Assembly: GCF_964355755.1 (NCBI RefSeq)
Contig: NC_092675.1
Span: 10,783,812-10,847,811 of the forward strand
Reading direction: 5' to 3'
Length of the DNA stretch: 64,000 nucleotides
DNA from: Antedon mediterranea
Lineage: Eukaryota > Animalia > Echinodermata
Shown here: piece by piece, positions 11,711 through 25,574 of the stretch
Numbering within the stretch: position 1 is the stretch's first letter
How the letters are laid out: every line of letters begins with the position of its first letter
Translations under genes and position numbers: made by a program
Notes under the pieces: generated by a model
What the model was told of the DNA's origin: nothing
Databases searched by the model: none
What the model saw: the letters and a program-made list of their open reading frames with translations, nothing else

Positions 11711-13923
11711 TTATTTTGGAGCAAGTCTTAAGTATTTATCAATGATAGTGTTAGCATATATTTGATCTCTAGTACTTAGACAAACTTTATGTTTATACAC
11801 AGAGTTAGGTGAAGTACACAAGTGGTTATTTATAGTTAAGTATGACCCAGAAGCTTGGATTACCTCTTTTACTTCCAAATCCTTAACTTGTTTAACATAT
11901 CCTGAAACATGAGCACTAACTCTATTTTTGGGGGAAATTACTGCTCTGTTTTTGACAGATGATGCATTATTGTGTTCATGTACATTTCTATCAGGATCTA
12001 TGTTTACCAAATTAGGTTTAATAACTTGATGATCTACAACACTAACAGTATCCTTTGTGTTTGACAAAACAATTTTTGGCGATGTATCATGTAGCCTCTC
12101 GGGATTATCAATTTGATCTGGAAGCTTCCTAAACTCTGTTAATACAACCTTGCTTTCATCACATGATTCATCTTCTGAAGAACTATAAAGTAGTTTTTTA
12201 ACATCAGTGAACAATGGAAGGTTAGATGACAAACAAGCTGGTGTACAGGACATTGAATATTTTAAATCGATTAAACTTGAAGATGGACTACTGTTTAAAA
12301 TATGAGAAGTTCCAAGGATATTTCTAGGAGAATTGATATTTACATTTTCTGTCAGTGTTTTTTCATCTTTTATATCATCAACATCAATCAGCAACACATT
12401 TTGAGATGAGTATTTTTTATGAGATTTCTCTGCTGTTGATGCAATTATTCCACCAAGACTTAATCTTTTTTCCTGATTGAATACTTCATCATCGTCAATG
12501 CTGCTAATGCTAGTAATGTCTTCCACAGAACTGACTCTGACTGTGGATTTATGTATTGGACTTGGCAAAGCTGGAAACACCTGATCTTGGGAGTCAATAC
12601 TAAATCCACTACCCATATTCGTTATACTTGACCTAATGGGTAACAATTCATAGACATTAGAACACTCTTTATCAGAAGTTACATATTTAAAATTCATACA
12701 ATCCTTCTGTTTCCCAATACTTATACCAGTTTTATCAACATCATCATATAAATGGACTTCTGATGAATTGGGTAACAATGATTGATGTCCTGTTTTATCA
12801 ACATCATCATATAAATGGACTTCTGATGAATTGGGTAGCAATGATTGATGTCCTGTTTTATCAACATCATCATATAAATGGACTTCTGATGAATTGGGTA
12901 GCAATGATTGATGTTCTGTTTTATCATCATCATCATATAAATGGACTTCTGATGAATTGGGTAACAATGATTGATGTCCTGTTTTATCCACATCATTATA
13001 TAAATGGACTTCTGATGAATTGGTTAACAATGATTGATGTCTTGTTTTATCAACATTATCATGAAATTCTGATGAAATGATTTTATGACTTGCAGGCGGC
13101 ATTAAATTATATTTCTGAACATTCATTCTATATTGTCTAACCTTTTCTTTTAAGTTTTCTCGATCTTCTTCCGCCCAAGCAAGTCTTTTTCTTAATAAAA
13201 TGTTTTGATAATCAAGATTTTTCAAAAGTTCAAGGTATTTCGCATCAGCTGCAACATCTGGCACTGCCATTGGTTTTATTGTAACATCTTTTTCTGTTTG
13301 TTCAACAAGAATGCTATTCATATTAGTAAATGTTTGAAGTCTTGTTTTCAGGACATCTTTTTCCTGCTTCAATCTAGCAATTTCATTTTGTGACTTCTCC
13401 AATTTGTCAATGGTTTTTTGAAGCTCATGTTCTACTTTTTGTATCTTTTTTTTTTGTTTAATATCATATTCCATTGGTTTTTCATTTTGCAATTCTCCTT
13501 GGTTTGAAAATTCTGAATATTTTTTACCATGTAGTATACCTTCACTGTATTCTTCTATATTTGTTGCTAGCCTCAATTGATGGTTTTCTGCCCATAAATG
13601 TCTAATCTCTTTCTGAAGATTGTCAAGAGAAACTTTCAATTTTTCTATAAATGTTTTATCTTCTTTCCGTTCAGCTTTTGTAGTTGAAGCTTCATGAAGT
13701 AGTCTACAATTTTCATGTTGTAGAACTTGAAGTTCCTCAACTAACTTTGGAAAAACATTGTCTGAACTAGTATTTCTAGTTTGAAGTTCTTTGAATAAAA
13801 AAAGTTCTCTTAGGTGGGACTTATCAAGTTCTTTTTTGAGATGTCGACACGCTTTTGCTATTGAATCAAGGACATCTAATAGCTCATCTTTAGGTGTTAG
13901 TCCTCTCCTCTGGTAGCCTTGTA
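11711..13923 (-). CDS. Large terminal coding exon of an uncharacterised coiled-coil protein (~782 aa in total)
   Basis: Stop-free for ~737 codons; acceptor ttttctttttcag ending at 13924; heptad-rich N-half, Ser/Asp-rich disordered C-half. Confidence 0.85.
12727..13060 (-). repeat. In-frame 63-bp coding tandem repeat (~5 copies of DDVDKTGHQSLLPNSSEVHLY)
   Basis: Period 63 bp (gttttatca at 12729 and 12792). Confidence 0.95.
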
Positions 13924-14059
13924 CTGAAAAAGAAAATTTTAAAAAAACTTTTACAATAAACAGTATTTGAATTTGAAAACATGACAAATTAATACATTAT
14001 CCTATCTCATCTTATTTTGCAACTAAAACACCACATTGTCAAGTCATATGTATTGTAGA

Positions 14060-17050
14060 TGTCGTGTATTAAGACATGGGTGATTGGTCTACGCGCATTG
14101 ATATTGTGGGTAGAATAGTATAATAGGCTGTTGTTAATAAATGCCTCGTTCACTTGGAATCCACACCTGACTTAGTCGTGTCTATTATACCAGTGTACTG
14201 TTGTAGTGTCTTTAGCGTGTACGAAACATAAAATTTGGCGACGAGGATGGCCGTTAAAGACCACTATATGCCGATGTTTGTGCAGTATAATGAAGCCGAG
14301 AATTTTGACTGTTATTTGGAGCGGTTTGAGATTTATGTGGAGGCGATTGGACTGGTCTTACATGGAGAGCCGGATGCAGATGCACGTGGTAATGTGGGAG
14401 CTAGAGTAGCAGCCATTTTCCTGAACGCAATAGGTCGTAAGTACTACGGTATTTTGAGGGATTTGGTTAGCCCAAAGGCACCAAAAGATATTCCATATGA
14501 TGAATTAAAGTCTACACTTAAGAAACATTTTACTAAGCCGATTACCATTGCCGAAAGACATAAGTTTATTCAGCGTAATCAACGTCCCGATGAAAAGACT
14601 TCTGAATACATAGTTGCTTTAAAACATTTAAGTTTGAATTGCAAGTTTGGCGAGAAGCTGGACGAGCAACTACGTGATAGATTCATAAGCGGGATGAGGG
14701 ACCAAAATACGTCATTGAAATTAATGGAAAAGGCGGGTGTGGCTGCGTTGAGTTTTAATGAAGCAGTAGAAGTTGCTTTAGCGAGAGAAAGTGCTAAGGA
14801 TGAATCCAAGTATCAGAGAGAGTCTGCTATAAATACAGAGGTTCATAAAATTGGTACATACTCTAGTGGTGGTAAACAGGGAAGCGGTGAGCGTAGGAAT
14901 ATGCATAAAAGTGATAACGGTAAACATAAAAAGCGGAATAAAGAACTTAAGATGTGTAACCGGTGTGGAAGAAAATCACATGATCAACAAAATTGTTGGT
15001 TTAGAGACAAGAAGTGTAACGTGTGTCAAAAAGTTGGACATATTTAGTCGCGTGTGCTACAAAAGGTCACAAGGTGTACGTGCGTTAAAGATTAATGATA
15101 GCGAGATGGATGATAGCGATAGTGATATTGAAACTGCATTACCTTTGCCTATTTTTACGACAACTAAATCATCAGATGCTATTTGTGTTAATATGAATGT
15201 GGATGACCGGAACTTTCAGTTTGAATTGGACACTGGTTCTGCAGTAACTTTGATATCTGAACAGACTTATAAAGAACATTTTAAGTATAAACGTTTGCAA
15301 GGGAGTTCTCGAACATTTACTAGTTTTACGGGGGAGATTGTAAAACTCCTTGGTAAAATCAGTGTTAAAGTGGTATATGAATCACAATGTCATTATTTAT
15401 TCATGTATGTTGTTGCTAATACTAAGCATTCTATTTTAGGGCGAGACTGGTTAAATGTTATCAAGTTAAATTGGCAAGAATGTTTTCATAATAATTATGT
15501 TAATAAATTGGAATGTAGGGATGCTCTTAAACAACTCTTGGATAAGCATGAGGGTCTGTTTAAAGAGGAACTGGGTCTTTTAAAGCATATTAAAGCTGAT
15601 GTTTTACTTAAGGGAGATGCCAAGCCAATTATTAGTAAAGCATACCGGGTTCCCTATGCCTTAAGGTCTGACGTTGATACTGAGTTAGATAGACTGGTCA
15701 ACATTGGGGTTCTGACACCAGTGACGCATAGTCAGTGGGCCAGTGGTATAGTAACCGTTCGGAAAAAGGATGGGTCTGTTAGATTATGTGGAAATTATAA
15801 GCCCACAATTAATCCGGTGCTACAATCTGTTGCCCCACCTAACATTAACGTTGACGACATTTTGTCTAACCTTGCGGGTGGTGAAACCTTTACCAAATTA
15901 GATCTGGCACAAGCCTACAATCAGATGGAGTTGTCCGATGAGTCTAAAAAGGTACTCACAATTATTACTGAAAAGGGCTTGTTTCAGCAAAATCGTTTAG
16001 TTTTTGGCATAACGTCCGCGCCAGCAATTTGGCAAAACGCAATGAATGTTATCTTGAAGGATCTCCCAGGTGTACAAGTGTACCTTGATGACATCTTAGT
16101 CACAGGGAAAGACGATCAAGAGCACCTTGGTAATTTAGAGAGGGTCCTTGTTCGTTTGCAAGATTATGGCTTGAGACTAAAACGGGAAAAGTGCGAATTT
16201 ATGAAGCAGTCTGTTGAATATCTGGGACATTGTGTTGATAAACATGGTGTTCATAAATCCATAGACAAAATTGATCATATTTTGCAAATGCCGTTGCCTT
16301 CGGGCATTACTACTTTAAGATCGTATCTGGGAATGGTGAATTATTACCGTTCATTTGTACCTCAATTAGCCACAATATTAGCACCTTTAACTAATATGTT
16401 AGAAAAGGGTAGAGAATTTAAGTGGACGGAATTAGCTAGAAATGCATGGGTAAAATCTAAGGAAATGCTAAGACATTCTGGGTTTTTGGTTCACTATGAT
16501 CCTAATTTACCTTTAACAGTAGCTACAGATGCTTCAGGTGAAGGGGTAGGCGCTGTGTTATCCCACATGGTTAATGGGAAAGAAAGACCTATTAAATTTG
16601 CATCGCGTTCATTGAAAGACCGAAAGAAATTATCCGCAACTAGAAAGGGAAGCCTTTGGCTATCGTGTATGCTTGCAAAAAGTTTTATTCTTATATTTAT
16701 GGCCGAAAGTTTATTTTAATAACCGACAATAAGCCCCTAACTACTATATTTGGTCCGAAGAAAGGGTTACCAATTTTGACTGCTGAGCGAATCCAGCGAT
16801 GGGCTCTTTATTTGTCTGGGTTTGATTATAATATTAAATTTAGGAACAGTCAAGCGAATGCGAACGCGGATTATTTATCCCGATTACCGGTTGAGGGTCC
16901 ACCACGTCATAGCGAAATTTCGGTTGCGCATATTGGTTCTAGTAGGATTCTTCCGGTAACTAGCGCCGAAATAAGGAATAATACCCGTAAAGATGTAATA
17001 TTATCTAGAGTAATGCGTTATCTTATGGATGGAAGTTGGCCCCAACGCTG
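14060..17050 (+). mobile_element. Ty3/Gypsy (Mag-like) LTR retrotransposon, 3'-truncated and frameshifted
   Basis: Putative 5' LTR ~14060-14232 with aataaa; PBS-like tggcgacgag at 14236; gag CCHC knuckles (CNRCGRKSHDQQNC); protease LDTGS; RT YLDD; RNase H TDAS...TDNKPL...ADYLSR; integrase missing. Confidence 0.95.
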
Positions 17051-17051
17051 A

Positions 17052-18225
17052 CGCTCCTTGGCGCTCCTGAAAACGATCAAAGGAGCGCCTAAAATAGCGC
17101 TCCCCAACCTGTTACAGTGCGTCATAAAAATATATAGGCCTATAATGATAAGAATATTAACCCCGAATACAACACACAGTCTATATATAGTCGCGCAAAC
17201 GATCTTTGTTATGGCTACCCCCGATAGGCTAGGCGCGCCTACGATCTTTGATGTTGCATGAAAAATATCGTAAACAATTCATTCTAAATATGGTATCAGA
17301 ACGTTCAATCGGTAGCTCAAAAAGACTGCCGTCAGAAGACCGTAATTATACAGACCTAGTTTTTTTGGTCACATGGCATGAAACGCGATACTCTCTGCTT
17401 TACCGCAACATCTCGTATGTTTTTTTTAAAACTCAGTATGTGAGGGTGGCTGCCGACGATAAACAGTAATTAAGATCGTGTACCTGGATTTTGTGTCACA
17501 TGACATCAAACACTCTCTCTGATCTTAATAACTGCTCACATGTTTTCCCCTCCAAATTCTGGTCGGGCCTTTTCTTATACACATGTCGCCTTTATGTTAA
17601 ATCTTATAGTAATTAATATGGAATATATATTTATTTTGCATATATTTTGTTGGTGTCCTAGCCTAGGTGTCGTTGTTTTTATAATTCGCTAACCCAAGGT
17701 AGGATTAAATAATTTATAGTGTAGGCCGCCGAAACTAGACTAGATAGATAGCCTCGACTCTCTCTCTCTGCGTGAGCTGAGAGGTCCACGGACCCGATGT
17801 CGTCTCGTCGGCGGATTTCCGTCCAAATTAGGATAACCGATGCTAGCTAGGGTGGCTACAAAAATTGACGTCTACTATCTTTAGATAGGATTTTAATTAG
17901 CAAACAATACATTGTTTGTTTGCATTGTCCATGCTTCTAAAGTAAAGGCGATGACAATGGTGTTTACTAACCCTACGAACCACCCTACGATCGACGCGTA
18001 GATAATTTAATATCATAACAATACATCGTAGACTACGTTCAGAGAACAATGACCTACGATGAATTTTACGTGCGAGAGTACCATTTCCGGCCATCTAGAG
18101 GTGTCATTTATCAAAATTCGGCTCGCCACAGGCCCAACCATGGTGGGCCTGTGCCTCGAATACTTAATCAAAATAATGGCTCTCCTCAACATATTGAGGA
18201 GAGCCATTAGGAGCTCTCCTCTTAT
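17052..18225. mobile_element. Non-autonomous hAT-like element remnant that truncates the Gypsy
   Basis: 17330-17860 matches ~61600-62150 in reverse complement; 18059-18170 matches 31768-31875; subterminal ggagcgcc/ggagagcc inverted motifs. Confidence 0.6.
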
Positions 18226-18239
18226 ATTTATAAATCAAG

Positions 18240-21165
18240 GTCTGATTCATTACCACATGACTACAAGACCTCTCTCAGATCTTATTACATGGTGGCAGCG
18301 GTAATAAAAGCCAACGTAACGCAATAACACTAAGTCAGGTCAGTACACTCTAGGCTAGGCCTAGTATTATACCACTCTACACAGCGTGTAGAACAGCCGA
18401 ATAGCCAAGCACGAACGCATAGGCCTACAAAACAGTTACAGTGACAACATGGCTCATCTAACACAGCCAGGACCACTAGAACTAACAGGAAATGTATCTG
18501 AAAACTGGAAGAAATTTAAACAAAGATTTTTACTATACAATACTGCTTCTGGCACCGCAAAAAAAGACGACTCAACACAAACATCTATGTTGCTCCACAT
18601 TATCGGGGATAACACACTAGATGTCTATAATACATACGTTTACATTCGACACTGAAGGAGATAGCATGAAGCTATTAAAGAAAGTCCTCAAATAGTTCGA
18701 AAAGTATTGTTCACCAAACAAAAACATAACATTTGAGAGACACAATTTCTTCACTAGATGTCAACACACATCTGAAACAATTGACCAGTATGCGACAGAA
18801 TTAAGGAACAAAGCAAAATCTTGCGAGTTCGGAGACCTAACCAACTCCTTAATACAAGACAGGATTCTCTGTGGTATTCCAGACAATCAACTCCGTGAAC
18901 GTCTACTAGGGGAAGATGACTTAACCAAAAAGCCTTAAAACTATGCAGAGTAGCAGAAATTACTAAGTCCCATGCAGATCTGTTCAATCACAAAACAGAC
19001 CATGTGGGAATTGTGGAAACAACCATAGACCAAAACAATGTCCAGCTTTCGGCACAGTTTGCAAAGCTTGTGGAAAAAAAGGACACTGGAAAAAAATGTG
19101 CAGAGGCAGAATGCGCAAGGAAAAAAGTGATGAAAGAACCAAAGGATCATACTTATACAGATCCAGAAACAAAAGTCCATTTAGGAGACAGATGAACGCT
19201 GTTGACATAGATGAACGCTGTTGACATAGATGAACAATGTCGTGGAACAGTTTAAGGAACTATTGTTTGATTTAGTTGGAATGAACAATGACGGTGATGA
19301 ACTCTTTGCTAACCTAAAAGTTCAAATACCACAAAGGAATAGCATTTTTCTGCAAAAGTGGACACAGGCACCCTGGGGAAACATCCTGCCCCTATGCGTG
19401 TACAAACAAATGGTACCTCACAATATCAATACAGATGGACTCCCCAAGCCAGGGAAAACAAAGCAAAGCCAAGTCAAACTGACAGCATACAATGGAACAA
19501 CAATTCCACAACATGGTACAGTCCAGATCCAAGCCAATTTTAATGACAACAAGTGGTCATGGTTAACCTTCTACGTATGCAATGTTGAAGGACTAGTAAT
19601 CTTAGGACTCTCCGACGCAAGAACCTTGAAACTTGTGACAATCAACTGTGCAGTAAATACTACTGTGGATGTTAGCACACCAATCAAAGACGAAAATGAT
19701 CTACAAAACCAATACCCAAACAGATTTTACGGTATTGGGAGGTTTCCAGGCAAATTCAATATCACATTGGTTGAAGATGCTCAGCCTGTAATCCACCCTC
19801 CAAGGAATTTAGGAAAACCTAAAAAAATGAGCTGGAAGCAGAGCTGTGAGCATGATAAATAATGGAATAATAACAAATGTAACTGAACCAACTGACTGGG
19901 TATACTATCGTCAATAACCTACAGTCGCAAAAGTAATGGGAAATTGAGGATCTGTCTCAATCCGAAGGATCTCAACAAGGCAATGAAAAGAACTTATCAC
20001 AAAACTAAGCTAGCTAAGTGGAGCTAAGTCCTTTAGCAAACTTGATGCGAGACATGGTTATTGGAGCATTGTGCTAACGGAAGAATCCAGCTTCCTAACT
20101 ACATTCAACTCGCCTTTCGGAAGATTTAGGTTTAATCGCTTACCATTTGGACTCAAAGTGTCACAAGATATATTTCAAGAGAAGATGGATATAATCCTGG
20201 AGCAGTGCCCCGGCACATTTGGAATTGCGGATGATGTGATTGTTTTCGGACATGATGAGAAACAACATGATCAGAACCTGCACAAACTTATGAAAGTTGC
20301 AGCAAAATATGGCCTTGTATTTAACATTGTGAATGTGACATCAAAACACACTGTGTAAAATTCTTTGGATGTCTCTATGATGCAGATGGCATACATCCTG
20401 ATACACAAAAAGTACAAGCCATCCACTCGCTCCCAAGTCCTACATCTGTCACCGAGTTACAACAGTTCCTAGGGATTGTACAATATATGTCTCCATTCAT
20501 ACCAAAATTGGCAGACCATACAGACACACTCAGAGTTTAACCAGGAAAGACTCAGAATACAACACAAAAACTTAGTAAACACTCCACCAAGGCTCCAGCG
20601 AATGATGATTCAACTACAACCATATGATGTACATCTAACGTACAAACCCGGTAAAGACACAATGTCAAGACTCAATCCCTCATATGGCCCTGAAATACAA
20701 TTCGACAAACCATTCACATCGTACAGTTCTCGCATGAGAAACTAGCTGAAATGCAAGAACAAACCAAACAAAGTGTAACTCTCAAACCCCTGATGGATAT
20801 CATAACAAGCGGATGGCCAGAAGACCCCAAAGAGTTGCCAAAATGTCTCATAATTTTCTGGTCAGACAGAGAAACATTATCAATCGAAGATGACCTTATT
20901 CTACAAGGCAACAGAATCCAAATACCAGAAAAACTAAGACCAGAAATCCTTAAAAAACTACAAACAGACTACCAAGGTGTAACCAAAACTCAACTCCGAG
21001 CCAAATTAACTGTGTTTTGGCCGGGAATCAACCGTGACATTGAGAATTTGATCAAAAGCTGCACCATATGTCAAACACACCAAATATCACAACCACCAGA
21101 ACCCTTAATGCAGCATAAAATACCTGAAAGACCATGGCAAGTTGTATCAGCAGACCACTTCTATT
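18240..21165 (+). mobile_element. Second, older Gypsy (Mag/SURL-like) element, heavily decayed
   Basis: PBS-like tggtggcagcgg ~18290; gag start MAHLTQPGPLELTGNVSENWKKFKQ; RT RLPFGL...IADD; integrase zinc region FWPGINRDIENLIKSCTICQ; many stops and frameshifts. Confidence 0.92.
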
Positions 21166-21339
21166 TCTCGTTTTTTAAGATTTCTTAAAATCAGAAACAT
21201 TTGCTAAAGAACACAATATCGAAATGTTTATTGATGACCTCTTATTTTACAAAAATCTCTTAGACTGCTACACAATTTTAAAAATCTGTAGCAAAAAGGT
21301 TGTTTTGTATAGCTTTTTGCTATGCTACACTGGCGAAAT

Positions 21340-21598
21340 TATTCCCTGTTTTTGCCTTTTTTAAAGATAGGTATTACTGTTGCCTCCTTCCACGATAAAG
21401 GGACCTTCTGATCATTGAATAATCTAGTGAATATTAGACTGAGAGGGTAAGCAATTTGATCCTTTAATTCAATCCAAACTTATGAATATCTTCTTCCTTA
21501 AACTCAATATCTGACAAAGAAGCCTCAATCTTTTTATCAAGATTCGGAACATTCGATAAGTTCTCTTTACAAAAGACACTGCTAAAAAAAGAATTATT
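21340..21598 (-). mobile_element. CR1-clade LINE ORF2 fragment
   Basis: Minus-strand translation FFSSVFCKENL...ELKDQIAYPLSLIFTRL...SWKEATVIPIFKKG. Confidence 0.8.
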
Positions 21599-21863
21599 AC
21601 TGTAAAGGGACTATTTTAAGCTACTGTATGCACTTACTGGGTTCTGTATTTTTACAATGAAAAATCTAAAAAATAAATGTACAACATTTTTATTGGAGAC
21701 TAATATGAAAAGTAGACCTATATTTAGTATTTTAAAACTTATACATGACTATCCACTGTGGTGGGAACCACCTAAAGAATATGTGGGGTAATTTCAGCTC
21801 AGTAATCGGCAACTGTCGTCTCAATTGTAATTGTATTGTAGTTAAAAAAAAGCAATATCTAAC

Positions 21864-21981
21864 CTGATCTGCCATCTGTCTTTTCTTGTTCAAACACAAA
21901 ATCATGTCTTCTTTCCTGAAGCAATGTTTCAAAATTTATAGTATATTTGTTTTTGGCAGCAACGGTATCATAACTTATATC
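21864..21981 (-). CDS. Internal coding exon (118 bp) of the coiled-coil gene
   Basis: tattacag|GATATA...AGATCAG|gttaga; encodes DISYDTVAAKNKY...EKTDGRS; phase-1 donor matches the acceptor phase at 13923. Confidence 0.7.
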
Positions 21982-22453
21982 CTGTAATACAATTCACATA
22001 AAGTTAAAACGTCTGTATACAAGATTAGGGTTAAAGTTAACTTTTACTAAATTCTTTGATTACAAAACGCCCTTTGTTCAGTCACATGTGTAAAGAAATA
22101 CTATTGTTACGAGATGGAAGTCACCAATGAAAGGCTGCCTACTACAACAGACTTTGCTTTTTGGTTACTATTACTATTAGTTCATAATTTCAAATACCAG
22201 CAATTGCACTAGATTTGTTCACCGCATTTTTACTCCATAGTGGCTGCAGCAGGCGGTACAGTCATTTACATAAACAGCATATCAGCTGATGAAGTCAACC
22301 AGACAGCTCGATGAAACTATCTTTAGAAAATGTTATAATATTTAATGTTCAAGAGCAACATTTACTTTAATAAGTATTATAAACATGTATGCTCCTTTTG
22401 CTTGCCATTTTAAATATAAAATGAATTACAGTAATAAATATAAAATTAAATAC

Positions 22454-22471
22454 CTCCAAATTCAATGCCAT
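22454..22471 (-). CDS. Putative first coding segment (MALNLE) of the coiled-coil gene, within exon 22454-22559
   Basis: gcaATGG context; GAG|gtattt donor is phase 0 and matches the next exon; acceptor ttgctttcacag ending at 22560. Confidence 0.55.
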
Positions 22472-23879
22472 TGCTTATACCGTATATGATGAACTTAGCA
22501 GTTACGATCCAGCTCAGTGAGTGCAACCATAATAAAGGAAGTTAATTTGATTCTGTATCCTGTGAAAGCAATAATTATTTTCCGTTTGTAATAGATTAAA
22601 TTAACTGCAGTGAATATTTTATGGAAAGAAAGTTTTTGTTTGTTACCTAGCTTTTAATCAGATTTTTGTCAATAGGGGTTTTTGATTTAATGGGTGGAAA
22701 ATCTAAGTAGTTCCCAGCTATATTATGAACATTTCAATTTAATTTATTTTTGATTATTGATTAAAAGGCAATTTGAAATTTTGAAATCTTGGGGGAAGAG
22801 GGGGGGGGGGAGATTTTAAATGGATAAAAGTTGTCAATTTGCGTTTCACATCATTGGTTCGTACATGATTTTACTGATGATGGTCTCAAGTATATTGCGA
22901 CCTAATAGGACGCGCCGTATAATCGTATTGTTAATTTTATTTTATGAATAAAACATGCAAGTGTTGATCGTATACAGCAAGAAAAACAGGAATTGCTGAA
23001 TTTATATACATTTTGGAATATAGCTACAGTATTAGGCCTGTAATAACTAATATTATTATTTATATTATAAGCTAGTGAATATTTATTTTACCATTTTTCC
23101 AGAATATAATAAAATAAGGCGTGTCATATAGGCCTATATTAGATATATTAAACGTTGTGGCTAAAGATACAGTACCGTATCCACACTTTTAACAAGAAAT
23201 ATTTCTTACAAAAAACGCCGCGTAACTTTTTGACTGGACAGTCTTCATTAATCTAATATAATAGGTCGGCCAATCAAAACGCAAGTGAACAATTGGGACT
23301 TTACTTGTGATTTATGTCATTGGCCTGTCAGCACAGTCGTTTCTTTCTAGAATTAAACGCACAAACTTGTATTGGGTATAATTTATGTTTATGTGGTTAT
23401 TACTATCGCATTTAGGTATTGATAATAATAATAATATGGCTTTTGAATATATAATTACTGTCTGTAGAATAACATTTATACATTTTCGGTTCGCGATGAA
23501 AAGTTTATATTTATAATAATAGTATATGGGTTGTATTAATGATAAGCTATCACCAAATCGCGTTATACCACTATTTCTCAGGGTTTTTTGCACCATTGAT
23601 CAATACCAAACGCGTATCGGTATTATAGTTTTTAATGAATCATTACATTAATAAAAATACCCAATTAAATCAATCGCGTCAGTCCAATTCCGACTTATGT
23701 TTCGATCACATAGTTCTGTGTCTACACTGTCCCAACTAGTTTAACAAAAAAAGTGTGATGTGCCCAAATATGGTAGTGATATGCCCGAATATCGTAGTGG
23801 ACATCGTCATGTCTATATAATATGGGCACATCATATTTAGTTTGACAGAGCTTAAGGATTATATTTAAAAAATGTTTTC

Positions 23880-24915
23880 TTACATTTTGAAAAAAAGTAT
23901 TTATTTGTTTATAAGCCCAATTTTCCAGTCTTAATTTTACATTTTGAACAAAAGTATTTATTTGTTGATAAGCCCAATTTTGCAGTCTTATTTTACATTT
24001 TAAACGAAAGTATTTATTTGTTGATAAGCCGAATTTCCAGTTTAATAATAATGACCCCTTCCACAGTGCTTATACCATATATATTTTACATGATATTGAC
24101 CGTGGGTTCTTTACGCCTCTGATGCATTTGTTTTTATTGTACCTTTTTAATAAATTATTATATGTTTAGGCCTAATCACACCCAATTTATTGAAACGGTC
24201 AGATTCCGATTTCAATTGAACAAAAGTAGTACTGTATTTATTATTCATTGATAAGCCAAGGGTCCCATGGCGTTAGCCGATATCTTGAGCATTTGACTCA
24301 TGTGTCAACCTGTAACACAAATCATTCTTCAAAATCTAAAGAAAGAACCTCACACGTCTTTTTTGTGAGTGATGGATATGCCCAAGGAAATAATATGTGG
24401 ACATTGCAAACAATCATAGGCCCGATCATAGGCCTACAGTAACAAACATAACATGGCTTATAAGCATAACATTCAGACTTGTTTGTTTTCTAGTGGATTT
24501 TTATTTACTTTAGCATGTAGAATAAAACTAGTAACAGTGGCTATATTAATAATTATACTGATTATCCTTGATGTTATCGCGTCTAATAATAAAATATTTT
24601 GTTGTTGATAAGCCCAATTTTTCAGCCTTGATTTTACATTTTGAACGAAAGTATTTATTTGTTGATAAGCCCAATTTTGCAGTCTTAATAATGACCCTTC
24701 CACAGTGCATTTTACATGATATTGACCGAGGGTTTTTACGCCTCTATAGCCACTGATCAATACCATAATTAATGTACTTTTTTAAATGAATATTGAAATG
24801 TTTCAACATACCCAATTCAAAAAAACGGTCCGTTTTCGAGTTCAATCTTTTAGAGAGGTTGGAGTTTCATTTTGAACGAAAGTATTTATTTGATTGTGAT
24901 AAGCCAAATTTCTAG
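23880..24915 (+). repeat. Dispersed cluster of degenerate ~55-bp repeats
   Basis: 'acattttgaacgaaagtatttatttgttgataagcccaatttt' recurs about six times; block ~23940-24120 is duplicated at ~24595-24745. Confidence 0.75.
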
Positions 24916-25108
24916 TCCTAATGATTTGAGATTCAACGGGTTTTGCTTTCAATTGTATAATAACAGCCACATGTTAAGGAATATGAATATCTTTATGATT
25001 TTAATATGGTTCGAAATGATATTACACAACGATTAGACAGCAACTGTGCAAGAGTCCAACTAATAAAATGAAAACGGAATGATCAATTAATTGAACATTT
25101 ACAGCATA

Positions 25109-25469
25109 AGGCCCATACACTAGGACGATAACGATCGACGATAAATAGACAAATGTGCATTTTTAATACATAAACCAAAAGAAATATAAACAATTCCTTT
25201 GATGAAAATTATATTTTCACACGTCCAATCAAATGACGTCATGATTAGTAAGACCAATAATATCGTGACAATACAGCGATTTTATTGTTTTTATTTATCA
25301 TGACGTCATTTGATTGGAATTTGAAAAACATTATTTTTATCAAAGGCAGCATAAATGATTATCCTATAGGTCTAGAACAAAAACCTTTCTAATTTCTTTT
25401 GGTTTATGTAAACAAAATGCATGCTATATATTTATCGTCCGTCGTTATCGTCATAGTGTAATTGGGCCT
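25109..25469. mobile_element. PIF/Harbinger-like MITE
   Basis: TIRs aggccca-tacactaggacgataacga / tcgttatcgtcatagtgtaattgggcct; TA-rich flanks; inner inverted repeat tccaatcaaatgacgtcatgat. Confidence 0.75.
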
Positions 25470-25574
25470 TTATACAAAAAAAAATAAATTGATTACGAAG
25501 TTACATGTCATTTTCACCTATCACCAAAAAACTAACCTTTTCAACACTAATTAATTGTTATGAAGCCAATTTAT

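Noticed and set aside
12721-13080. Alternate-frame and antisense repeat ORFs
   Set aside because: Shadows of the 63-bp coding repeat
13924-13987. ORF-track N-terminus of the 758-aa protein
   Set aside because: Non-ATG start within an intron polypyrimidine tract; acceptor at 13924
15030-15050. Programmed gag-pol frameshift
   Set aside because: The shift falls inside the second CCHC knuckle and a second shift occurs in RNase H (~16620), so decay is more likely
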